Part shown: in pieces, positions 35,357 to 47,099 of the stretch | Layout: each line of letters opens with the position of its first letter | Numbering within the stretch: the first letter of the stretch is position 1 | Assembly (NCBI GenBank): GCA_030295235.1 | Contig: AP026127.1 | Span: 124,001 to 188,000, forward strand | Reading direction: 5' to 3' | Length of the DNA: 64,000 nt | Source: Fistulifera solaris | Taxonomy: Eukaryota | Made by a program: the position numbers and the translations under genes | Notes under the pieces: generated by a model | The model's input: only the letters and a program-made list of their open reading frames with translations | Database searches by the model: none | Told to the model about the DNA's origin: nothing

Positions 35357-36047
35357 GACTTGAGCAGGGTCGATTGATTTTAGCAGCAATAGAGTCACCA
35401 GTCTTTCGGTTTGGTTCGTTGGATAGTTTGATTTGAATTATGAAAGAATTGAGGTGTCAATGTTGCGTGAGAGAACCGCTTGATGCCACAATAAAAGCAC
35501 GGCTTTGATTTCGTTCCGCGGAGAGGATCTTGTTTCGTTTTATTTGTTTTGTTTGTTTGAATTATAAATTCATCTTTATCTCCTAATTGTGATGTGATGT
35601 TTTTGTCGTTGTTTTTGTTCCGTTGTGATCGCAAAACACCCACAGGACGCGGAGTCGATCAAACGTTTCTTCAACGAACCGCTCGAATTTCGACCTATTG
35701 ACTATCAAGTTAAAGTACTCGACTACGTGGAATCTGCGATCAGTATCCTTGCAACTGTAGAAACGGAGTACCACTCTTATTTCGCGTTCGGAAATTTGGG
35801 ATCACAACGGAAGTGTCAGTCTGTCCTTCTCTTCACTCACTTGTGACTTGTGACGCTATCTTGTTTCCGTACGACTGGACCCGATTATTTTCGAACAGTC
35901 GAGATCTTTCGAGAGAAAAGGACGCCATCCAAAAGAAGATCGATTGACGTTGCCGGCCTTCTCTGAGTTTCAACTCATCATTTGTTCTGAGCTTCTCTTT
36001 CACGCATACCATGCATCACTTTCGTTGCTTAGAGATGCACATACGAA

Positions 36048-36443
36048 ATGAAAGAAACAAAAAGGATCATGGATCATTCAACCAACAACAACTCTTCGCG
36101 AAGATCCCAACACCCGACGCGAAAACGAGGATGGAAACAAACATTTCAATCTGTGTTTTCATGTTGTCGACCTCATGACCATATAGCGGACAATTCATCT
36201 TCTTCGACAAAAAGTATAAAGGGAGAACCACTAATATCTCCGCCACCTCTGATCGTCGACGACGAGGACATGATGATTACTCCCTCAGATATTATATTAG
36301 AAGCCGATCGGAATGAATCGCACTTGTCGTTGATGGGGCTACGGAGTCCGCCGCCGGTTCTTACGACCATACCGGAAAACATTTCAACGACGAAAGCAAG
36401 TCACTCCGATGTTGTAGCGGCACAATCAAAAGCAGTGTTTTAG
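36048..36443 (+). CDS. Hypothetical protein
   Basis: 131-aa ORF with low-complexity composition; FSCC and LTTIPE motifs. Confidence 0.45.
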   Translation: MKETKRIMDHSTNNNSSRRSQHPTRKRGWKQTFQSVFSCCRPHDHIADNSSSSTKSIKGEPLISPPPLIVDDEDMMITPSDIILEADRNESHLSLMGLRSPPPVLTTIPENISTTKASHSDVVAAQSKAVF

Positions 36444-36790
36444 GGAATTGTTGGACGAAATGATACAACATGAGTCATTACGAATTCAAAAAGCACTTCG
36501 ATTTGTTCTAGACTTTTGAAGGAGCTGAAAGGAAAAGCGTCTTTAACATACGACTTGAGTGAATGAGAAAAAGATGAAGCCTTGTCACTCGAGAGCAATC
36601 AAATGCGCCTTGGAAGAGCCTTTTAAGTAACGGATGGCGTAAAATAAGCCCAAATTGTGTGGCCTTTTACTCACGAATAAAGCCTTTTACGTTCAAAATT
36701 GCTCTTCATCTTCATCGTCCAATTCTTTCCTTCCTTTACATCATCGCGATTACTTTTGAATGGACGATATTTGTTGACTTATCTAGTAGT

Positions 36791-38394
36791 ATGTCGACTA
36801 GAATGATTCAACCACGTATCTTTGTTCCATTGTACGACCCTGTGTACTTACAAGACATGACGGAAACGCAACGTTTGGCGATACGGAATGCAGCGTTGCG
36901 ATTTCGAAAGTATGCCACCACCAGCGTCGTAGTGGGTTGGAATCCCGAATGTTGCATGCTGTTACATCCCCGACGTGCGTGTACGGCAAACTCACAACAC
37001 CATCACGAGTATACCTCCCATTTGATGTTGCAGTTCACCGATGTGCGACAGACGACAACCATTTCAGTGTTAGGATCGTCACACGCGGCTGTAGGACGAC
37101 TCGCAACTTGGCTGTGGAGTGGACCCACGAAGCCTTCGCATGTACACATTTATGGATTGATGTTCGATTTTTCCATCCTTTCTACAGATTCGTTGCGTAA
37201 CCTGGCCCATTGTTCCAGTGTTCGGTTCACGAATTGCACCATGACGGCTGAACAGACGGCTCTCGTGGCTTCTTTGTTGGAAAACGACAAAACCATTGCA
37301 TTTTCGGACTGCAAATTTGCCGATGGTGGTTCCGCGTTTCTGGATGCGTTGTCCAGTCGTGACAATAGTGGCGGTAGATTGGAAATTGTTCCGCGCCAGG
37401 AATCAATGCGTGTTGAACTACTGGACAAGCCATCTTTATTGCGACTGTTTCAACAAGACTTCTTCCTGGAATGCCTCAAAGTAACCTCCCATTTATTCCG
37501 CACCCACCCAAATATGCTGCTGATGCCATTTTCCGCGAAAACTAAAATGGAGTACACCCTGTACCACGCCGATGAAGCTGCCTGGCAACAGCATACGAAC
37601 GGTACCGACGGCCTCCATATTCGTCCAAGCGACTTTCATTTGATCGTACACGATGCCCAGCAACCCGAACTAACGCATTCTGAGCATGCGAATGCGACAG
37701 CAACGGATATGGTGTTACCGCAACTGTTCTTTCGCGCGTGTCGTCACTCGAAACATCTTAAAAATTGGGATTCTCGTATCATCGTTCCGGTGGCTCGACT
37801 CCTGTGCCTCTGCCACAAGACATTCAAACCAGTCTCTGTCAAGCTTTGGATGCGAACGATGGTATTCAAGAATTGACGTTGGATTGTGGTTGCACGTATG
37901 ACTGGAAAGCGGAAACAAAGGGCCCAAGTCTGATGAATGTCTTGGCCACACATCGCGGACTCCGTACACTCACATTGGTGGTCCATCAAAAGTCCGACCC
38001 TACGCTGGTGACTCACTTATTCTCTCTGTTGCAGCTGAATCGACATTTCGAAGTCCGCTTTCATAAGAGTTCCGACAGTGGCTTCACGCCACTGGTATGG
38101 GAACATCAACTCCGATCCATTCTCGTATTCAATCGCTTTTATCGATCCACGTTGGCGTTGTGTCAATGGGATCCATATCGATTCCATGTGTGGTGTGCCG
38201 GAATTCGGCGACTCCAGCAAAAGAATCACTATCGTGTCTACCATTTGGTGCAGTGTGAGGATCAACCGACTGCCTCGAATCATCAATCCATCCGGAAGAT
38301 GGCTTTATTCTTGCAGCATCACACGGATCTTTTGTGTCTTTTGGTCAATGAAGTGATACAAGATCAATCTACCGACACGCATAACATTGAGTGA
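36791..38394 (+). CDS. RNI/LRR-like hypothetical protein of an expanded diatom family
   Basis: FSDCKFADGGSAFLDAL..R...GRL, ALDANDGIQELTL, LATHRGLRTLTL, FNRFY; one frameshift near 37770; related to 62316-63555. Confidence 0.65.
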
Positions 38395-38847
38395 CTTTCA
38401 GCCGTGTCGTGCTCCGAAGCAGGTTGGGATAGAATAATCGATAATGCTCGTTGAGCGAAGGAAACTGTGAAGTTTGCTTCCATTTATTCGCTTATGAGTC
38501 AATCAGTAGCATTTTGTTTTAGCGATGTCGACCAGTATTGTTAGATACCAACCGAATTCATCGCATCGAACTGTGCGCCTTCCCTGGTAGCAGACATTAA
38601 ACGGCGAAAACAAACCAAACTTTGAGATGGGCTGTTCGGAATTGCTCGAGACGGACGACAGGCCAGTTTACTTGTTTGTCGTTTGTCGTTCCGTCGTTCC
38701 GGTCCACAGTCCACCCTCCACACATTTCGCATACAGTAACGTAATTCTAAGGCTGTGTTTTGGGCGAACAGTTTGCGTTATAGAGATTATAGAGGTATTC
38801 CACTACATTAAGTACTTGGTTGATGTCATTCGTCATCCGTAATCCGT

Positions 38848-38915
38848 TTATCGTCATCGTCATCGTCATCGGTCATCGGTCATCTTCGATGCGATGAGCT
38901 TCGAGCTTCGAGCTC
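38848..38915. repeat. Simple repeats (TCATCG)n and (GAGCTTC)n
   Basis: Direct inspection. Confidence 0.7.
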
Positions 38916-39030
38916 GTAATTCATTCGTAAATCGTTAGCCATCGTACGGTATGGAGAGCGGAGTATGTTTTGTGTTTTTGTGTTTTGTGTCTCGTGCTTT
39001 GTAAGAAGGACTACAATTCGAGGTAATATG

Positions 39031-39241
39031 TGCGTAAACCTACGATGAAGAAAAGGGTTCACAGAGATTTTATGATTACAAGACTACGGGTTGATAGAAA
39101 AGGAATGAAGAGGCCGACCAGTGAGAGGTCGGGAAGGAACATAGACGAGGTCTAGAGCCGAAGGAACAAGGACCTTAGGTGACGCGTCACTTGAGTACCG
39201 ATTGGTGTCTGATAGGACATGACGCGCTGGAGGGTAACGCA
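39031..39241 (-). repeat. 3' LTR of the Gypsy element
   Basis: Identical by eye to 43995-44205. Confidence 0.97.
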
Positions 39242-39316
39242 TACTGCCTCCAAGGTTCATGACCGAGAGGAAAGAAATGAAAAAAGGGAGAGGAACCTTT
39301 AGAATAGGAGAAAACC

Positions 39317-42300
39317 TCACCGATGATAGGGCTTGAGTTGGCGGATGTTAAGCCGTTCAAGAGTGTGCGCATCGCGCCCGAAAGGTAACTGTACCATTCG
39401 TATGAACAGATTCAATCCGATAAGGACCAATAGCTCGCGTAGCTAGCTTTTTGGGATTGTAGACTAGTTTTAAAACTTCGTCACCAACATGGTAGTCGTG
39501 AGGCAAAGCGTTTGCGATTAGCAGCGTTGAGACGCTCGCATCAACGAGCTGTTGCCGATTTTGCTGAATCGTGATCCAGTCGGCAATCACGGGTAGATCT
39601 AAGATCATATCGCGGCCGAAAACTAAAGAACCCGGAGTTGCTTTAAGTCCGCTATGAAGCGAGGCGCGAATAGCGAAAACACAGTTTGCCAGCGCAGTGT
39701 CAACCATTTTGGTTGCAGTAGACATACTGTCAATTGGGTGGAGAGTTTCCAATGTACGGAGAGTGTTTCCGACAGTTTGATGCATTCGTTCACAGATGGC
39801 GTTTTGCAGTTGGAGTTTTTGGACCTGCTGGTGCACGTCTGATTCGGTGACGATTGAGTAATGACTGGAAACCAATACCAAGAAATTCGCCGCCTTGGTC
39901 GTATGTACAACGCAAGGGCTTAGGATAACGAGAAAGCCACGTATTCTCAAAATGCATGGCGACATGTTCCGATTGTTTATTGTCGATGCGAACGAGTTCG
40001 ACAAGGTTTGTGACCGGATCGATCATTGTAAGTGCTGAAAATGTTGTTGTTTGACCACCTATTGTAAGTTCCCATGGACCGATAAGGTCAACATGGACTT
40101 CACGCCAGGGGTGAGCGGAAACTTCGGCTGGCGAGATGGCCGAAAACCACGAAGCGGTTGTTTGTTTCGTTGACAATTGTCGCACTTTGAAACCAAATCC
40201 TCAATCTTTGTTCGAAGATCAGGGTTGTAAAGATGGAGTCGCATGGTGTCAAAAAGACGCTGATTGACCGAGATGGCCGAGAGCGGTGTGATACCAAAGG
40301 ACGGCTTGGTGAAGAAGCTCGTCGGGAAGATAAATTTTCCAAGGTTTATTTTTCTTCGGAAGAAAACAAGTAAGATACAAGTCGGGTGCGAGCAGCTGAT
40401 CCGCAAAATGCTCGGGATGTTTCTCACGAAGGGCTTTCAATCGGGTGTCCCGGCGATTGAGCCTCGCCGAATTGTGTTGTAGTCGAAAGTACAAACGGGG
40501 CCGATTTGAAATCGGGTAAATTGACGAAGCAATCAAGAAGATCGTCATCGTCGATGGCCATGGAATAAAATGAAGTAGTTGCTGCCTCCTTGCAAGAAGC
40601 AGGGGATCCTTTGAGTGATTCATCAAAATCAAGACGCTGAAAGAGCGTTGGCAAGTTCGTTTTCACTGCCTTTGACGTAAGAAAGTTTTACCGTAGTCTT
40701 CGAGAAAAAAGACGCCAACGAGCGATTCGTTGAGTAGTTAATGTAGTTAAAACATTATTAGAATGATCGGTGTAAACATGAATGTTCTGACATCCGTAAA
40801 GCATAGTACGAAACTCTTTGAGAGTCTCTCACGATTGAAAGAAGTTCTTTCTCACCGACGGTGTAGTTACGCCATACCGAAGTTTAACTTTTTAGAAAAG
40901 TAAGCGACAGGGGCGCCTTCCTGAAAAATAGCGGCACCCATTTGCTTATCGGACGCATCGGTGTAGATGTGGAAAGGTTTGTTATGATCGGGATACCGAA
41001 GGAAAGCATCTTGTGCAAGTAGCGCTTTGATTTGATCGAAAGCGGCAACCATTTCCTTGGTCCATTTGACTTTTCCGGTCCCGCCGGAGACGGCCGTAAG
41101 AGGGGCTAAAATGTGAGACCGGCGAGGGTACATATCACGATAGAAATTGATTGCTCCAAGGAAAGAGCGGAGTTGTGTGTGAGTTACCGGCTGTTTGATC
41201 GCCAAAAGGCGTCGATCTTTTGCGCCAAGGTTTTAATCCCTTGGGAGTAAGCCAATGGCCAAGCCAGTCTGTCTCTTGGACACCCCACTCGCATTTGGAG
41301 GGGTTGACGGTGAAATTGTTGTCCTGTAAAATCGTGAGGACTTTGTCTAAAGACGCGAGATGGTCTTCCCAAGAGGAAGAAAAAACACCCACGTCGTCGA
41401 TGTAACAATTGACTTCGTCGAGGGCTCGGAAAAGCGTTTCCATGACTTCCTGAGCAATGTCTGGCGCTTGCGACACTCCCATAGGGAGTCGGTTATAACG
41501 GTAATTCCGAAAGGTGTCGTGATGACGCATAGGTCTTTACTGGCTTCGCCGAGTTCGAAGGTGTAATAGTGCATAGAAACGTCGATTTTCGACATAAAGG
41601 CATAGCCGATGCGGCGAGATAGGACCTCGGAGATCTTTGGAAGATGATAAACACGTCGTTTTATCACCTTGTTGAGTTGCCGAAAATCTGAGATCCATCG
41701 GACTCGTCCATCTTTTTTCGGAATAATGAAGGACGGCGCGAGCCAACGGGAGGCACCGCATGGAGTGAGGACACCGAGTTTGACAAGAAACTCGAGCTCT
41801 GATTTAAAAGTTGGCGCATGGGTTCGAGAAACCGCATACGGTCGACAACTAAAAGGTTTGGCGTTTGGATCGATCTCAAGAGAGAACTTTTTCTTGGCAT
41901 AACAACCGAGCTTCCCAGAGAAAAGTTTTTTGTATTTTTTGAAAAGCTCGGCGAGCTGAAGTTGTTGAGTGGCACTGAGGTGCTTCTGATTTCTTGCAAC
42001 AACGAAAGGATCGACTTCTTCGTATTTAGACGGGAGAATATCCTTGGATTTATATCCGAGTTCGTGAGCAAGTTCTTCAGCGATCTGCGAACGGATTGTC
42101 CGATTCCGATGCAAAGCTAGCCGAGAAGGCTGTTGGATGAAAATAATTCGGGGGATGATACGGAATCATGTATTCGTGCCATTGAACAGTCATGGTAGAC
42201 GATTGGATGTCGATTCCAAGTGTTGTTAAAACATCATTTCCGATAATAACATCGTAAAGAGAATCATTATTGTTATAGACCATAGCTGTATGGGCCCGCT

Positions 42301-43964
42301 CACTCGGAGTGAACTAGTGAACTCGGGAAACATGATTTCCTCGAGCATGACTTCATGGCGATGAACTCCGACACCATGAATGCCGAGAACCTTTGTGCCC
42401 GGCACCGTGGTGCACTGGGTCTTCTTTGGAAGAGCGCGACGATTAATCATCGTGCGATCGGATCCGCTATCGAATAGCACGCGAAGAGGTTTATCATTCG
42501 CTTTTTTCTGAATTAGTTTGCACGACATAACAGTAGTTGGACGAACACGTTCGTTAACAAATTGAAGACTATTATTTGGTTTAAGATTAATGTCTGTTTC
42601 TCCTGAAAGGAAATGCAAATCACAGAGAGCCGTAAAACAGTTCGGAACTCCCTCCTCATTTGGCTCCGGATTCGGAAACATCTGATTCACAGAAGAAAAA
42701 GAAATGAGGCCGCATTCGGCGGAAAAAGCGTGAGATGCTGACAAGTAATCTGTTGTACCAAACACGTCAGTTGTGAACATACCAGTAAGGTCGTCAATGT
42801 CAAAGACATCATCCATGTTGAACTTGGCGGCCGTGTCGTCAAGATTCATGGCGGAGTACGCGTCGTTAATTGCCGCTGACTTTTCCATCGTCCTCGGGGG
42901 CAATAGTTTCGGTGACAAGCGTTTCCGCTTCCGATGTCCGTGTCCATTGTCTCTGCCACGTGAGTAGCGGTAGAGTTTTTACCGGACCAAGCGACCTTCA
43001 ACTTGGAGGTCACATTTTGGAACAAGCCTTTTGCTTTGTTGGGATTCATGTTGCATTGGAACCACTTGTGGCCCTCCTTGCCGGCTTGCTTCGGGTGAAG
43101 CTCGCAATCGAGTTTCGGGTCCTGTTTGTGGTCCCAAGCGTAGCTATTCTGGATAGCACGTTCGATTTGCGCATGGGACATGCGGGGTGGTATTTGTGTT
43201 TCGCCGCGAGAATCCTTTTGGGCGGGCGATGTCCGGAGCCCGATGAATTTTTCTGGCCGTTGCCGGACGGTTTTGCGGTCGCCTGAGCGTTGTTGTTCGC
43301 GGTTTTGGCCTGTGCAAGGCGCTGGAGAGTCGACATATAGTTTTTGATCTCAATGGTGGAAAAATCCGTGAGCGCCGTGGTGCCCTTAAAAGCGATCCAG
43401 CGATCGCGCCAAGCCGGGGGCATGGAGTTGAAGAAAGCGGTTTTGAAAGCCAGCTTCATCGAGGGCTTTGTGAGGCCCGGAAATACGCTCGATGCGTTGG
43501 TTTGCTTGCATTAAAAGCAGGTAGAAGTTGTCGACGGGGTACCCGTTCGTTGGAAACTCCGGGTTACGGACTTCCTCGACCAAGCGGGCTTGGTGTGTGT
43601 CCTGGAAAAATTCCTTGACGTAAAGTCGGACGACTTCGTCAAAAAATTGTTTCGACTTGTTGAAGTTGTTCTGAGTGAGAACCTGGGTTTCAACGCTCTG
43701 ATAAGCAGATGAGTAAGTGTTGCTGTCGAGCGTGCGCCCGAAAACGATCCAGCAGCTCTTAATGAACTGGTCGCCGGTGTCCACACTGTTGCGGATGCCG
43801 TTGAAAACACGGTCGAGGTGCGACATGAAATCGCTGAAGCTGTGTACGTCCTGAGACAAATACGGGAAGGCAAACTCGTAGTTCACTCTTCCAAGTGACC
43901 ACTTGATGTTTCTGGTCGGAAGCGGGCGGGCTTCCGGGTTAAACATTTTGAAGTCAATCTTCAT
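39317..43964 (-). CDS. Gag-Pol polyprotein (frameshifted)
   Basis: Gag from ATG 43964 with CELH..H.W..C knuckle; protease LFDSGS; RT RWISDFRQLN, RLPMG, YIDD; RNase H YTDASD; integrase HVDLIGPW, YDQGGEF, CERMHQ; ends KPYHR* at 39317. Confidence 0.92.
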
Positions 43965-43994
43965 GGTTGGTGTTTGGGGAGAACAAGATCTTGA

Positions 43995-44205
43995 TGCGTA
44001 AACCTACGATGAAGAAAAGGGTTCACAGAGATTTTATGATTACAAGACTACGGGTTGATAGAAAAGGAATGAAGAGGCCGACCAGTGAGAGGTCGGGAAG
44101 GAACATAGACGAGGTCTAGAGCCGAAGGAACAAGGACCTTAGGTGACGCGTCACTTGAGTACCGATTGGTGTCTGATAGGACATGACGCGCTGGAGGGTA
44201 ACGCA
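43995..44205 (-). repeat. 5' LTR of the Gypsy element
   Basis: Identical by eye to 39031-39241. Confidence 0.97.
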
Positions 44206-44268
44206 ATATGGACTATGGACGATAGACGATAGACGATAGTGAATAAAAGAAAGGAACGAGGACGATGC

Positions 44269-45480
44269 GCTACCACACATGGCTCAAACCGTCCCACTTG
44301 GCTTATTGTTTATTCATGGGAGTTCTCGATGGGAGTTCATCTTTGAACTCCCACGACTGGTGGGAGTCCTTTCTTGGACTCCCACGACCGGTGGGAATCC
44401 TTTCCCGGAACTCCCACGACTGGTGGGAGTCCTTTATCAAAACTCTCTCGAACCTTTTACATTTCATAGAATAATCCAAATAGGCTCACAATTTCATTCT
44501 CAAGCTTTTCCTCACCGTAGGGCAAGGCATAGTGATCACTCGTCGATTTTTTGTTCAACCATGAACACAGCCCTTTACAACAATAGTCTCTCGAAGACAA
44601 CAACAGTCTCTCGCAGACACAACTTACTCTCTCGAAGGCAAACAGCGCTCTCGCGCAGGCAAGCCGTCTTTTGATGACAAACAATGGTCTTTTGAAGACA
44701 AAATTCGTCCTTCCGCATTGACGTACCATCAGTCTTTTCGACTGCCATTCCCCCACAGCGGACACACCGAACGACCCGTTCGACATCAGCTTTCAGCTTG
44801 AAAGCATGTTATTATCATTCACACGAACCGCGCCTGTTCATACCTTTCATTTGCTGTTTATTCAGCCCGTTAACATCGCAACGTCGCTTCAAAGCGCAAC
44901 ACGACGGTCTCCGTCTACCCAAATCTAATGATGGATCTAGTATCTAAATCGTAGAAACAAGCTTTCATAAGCGTACTTATGTATTTATTACAAGGAAACG
45001 CAAGTCTTCTCGACTCGGCTTTCGAAGCCACACCGAATTTTCTTTTGAATCGTACCCATTTGGGTCGGGCGACACCCTAGCTCATTAGCATGAATGCAAC
45101 CCCTTTCGTTCTTTCGAAAAACAATTAAATGTTTCTATACAACCAATTCCTCAAGAAGGAGAATAAATGAACATGTTTTTCATTCGAATCAGAGAGGCAG
45201 CATCGTCTCTCGTTCACGCAACAAAAGTTGCTACCGAATAGCGAATGTCGCACTCAGTGCTGCTGGTGTCGACATGGCTCAACCAATCAGAATTCATTTC
45301 TCCTTTTTAAATCCCTGGATAACTCTGTTATTCATCAATCCATCGACCACGTGTCTGTTTCAGTTCTTTTTCGAACGCTCGTCCTCACGGACTCGATGAC
45401 ATTCATTTCGTCAAAACGCCGAAAATTCGATTATTTCGTTTTCGTGCTGACTTCGACACTCGTGTCAACCGCACGCGCAA
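44269..45480 (+). repeat. Left arm of ~1.2-kb inverted repeat
   Basis: Reverse complement of 48561-49782 with scattered substitutions and homopolymer differences; mirrored ORFs 44457-44786(-) and 49262-49594(+) are nearly identical. Confidence 0.97.
44345..44435. repeat. Three tandem 31-32-bp units, each an 8-bp-stem hairpin
   Basis: actcccac-gac(t/c)g-gtggga(g/a)t starting at 44347, 44378 and 44410; mirrored at ~49616-49706. Confidence 0.9.
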
Positions 45481-47099
45481 CGCGCACTATAATTTTGAAT
45501 TTTGAATTCAATAATTGCCCTCCGTTTAAACCAATCAGAATGGTCAATGCGTCGAGGCAGTACAGGCAACGCCTACTTAAGCTTTTATATTTGCTTTTAT
45601 GTACCTGTCCGGTACCCAATCACCTAGATCTTTGATCTACTCGAGAGCAAACTAAATTGCCTTTCTACATCAATACTGCATGTGGTACTCAAGAATTCTC
45701 GAAATTCAACTGTATAGACAATACTAGTTGTTCTTCAACTTTGATCTTCACATTAATTCCTCCGGAATTGAGTTTTACTCTACGGTACATTGTACACAGG
45801 CACGGACACGCGACATTCGATGTCGCCTCGTCGCCGCCGCTTTTTTTTCTTTCAACTTACTTCATTGCAAGTTTCGCTCATCTCTCCGAGCCGATGATTC
45901 TTTCATCAGTCGCATCACCCTTGTGAACAACCAGCCTTAAGGCAACTTTAAAAGCAAGATCCGCTTGCATACTTCAGTTGCACTGCAACAGACGCGATAG
46001 ATATCGCCACAGAGGCAGGACCTCGCACAACATGTTTACGATGTTTTATTTTGCGATATACTCGGTCATCAATATCGATCAATCGTTCATCCTGGAACTC
46101 ATTCCAGCAAAAAGCCAGTCGTACGCCGACCTTATTGCGGTTTTCGCAACGGTTTACAGAAAGCCAACTGCATGTCAAACTTGACCCCTTGTCGCCGCGC
46201 GAGCGACCTATGATGGGCACCATCATTTACCCCACAAAACGAAGCTCAGCTTCCCATACTCTCTGATCTTAGAGAACAAAATAACGTTATTAAACAAACG
46301 TTTATCCTATTCCGCGCTTGAATAATATTATCTTAGCGATGCGCTACGAATTTTTTCTAACGATCAAGTCATCTCGAATACTCGTTTCACCTTCGAGCCA
46401 ACGAAGCAAACCCTTGGCGATTATCGCCATAACCTTAACAAGGGTCACATCAAAGATTCCTTAACTTGCTCAAGAAGCAATGGGAGATCTCTTCCGCCAC
46501 CTCTACGAGGTACCTTTAGCGTAAAAATGCAAAACTTTCCAATTCTTGGAACTGTCATTATACTTGACAAAAAATCTATAATTCAACATAGCACAGTGCA
46601 TTCGCACGCGCTCCCTTGTGAGCTCTAAGGCAAAACCGCATCGTCGGCCAATCCTTCGGACCTTGACTAATAGGTTTTCTTTTCTTTAAAAAAAAAAAAA
46701 AAAAAAGACCATAGCCACTCACGAGATACTCGATATCCCAAACCTTACAGAACTTCGTTCATTCAACAAACTATCTACTCGATAGTACGTAAGGAGCACC
46801 CTAGCTTCTATTAAAGTCGATTCAATCAACCAATCCATCAAACAATCGCGATAAAGCAAATCTTGCGCAACACGCACTTCCGCCAAATGCATGGCGACAT
46901 GAAGGCAATTCACTTGCTGTTTATCACAAGCTCACTGCAGCTTACCAAAATTACACTACGCGTGTCAATTATATTTATTAAAATATTTTTAACCCTTCTG
47001 GTCCCCATGCTAATCATGACCATAACTTTACTCGGCTAAGGTTACACACTGAAAATTCAGCCACCCAGCGCAAGTCGCTGCATCCTCCGATTCGAGGAC

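Larger units (their letters stand above)
39031..44205 (-). mobile_element. Full-length Ty3/Gypsy LTR retrotransposon
   Basis: Two identical 211-bp LTRs (39031-39241, 43995-44205) with TG...CA ends; TSD ATATG (39026-39030, 44206-44210); domain order gag-PR-RT-RH-IN. Confidence 0.97.

Noticed and set aside
44345..44435. CRISPR-like array of palindromic repeats
   Set aside because: Only three units, no unique spacers, no cas genes, eukaryotic context; part of a mobile-element arm.
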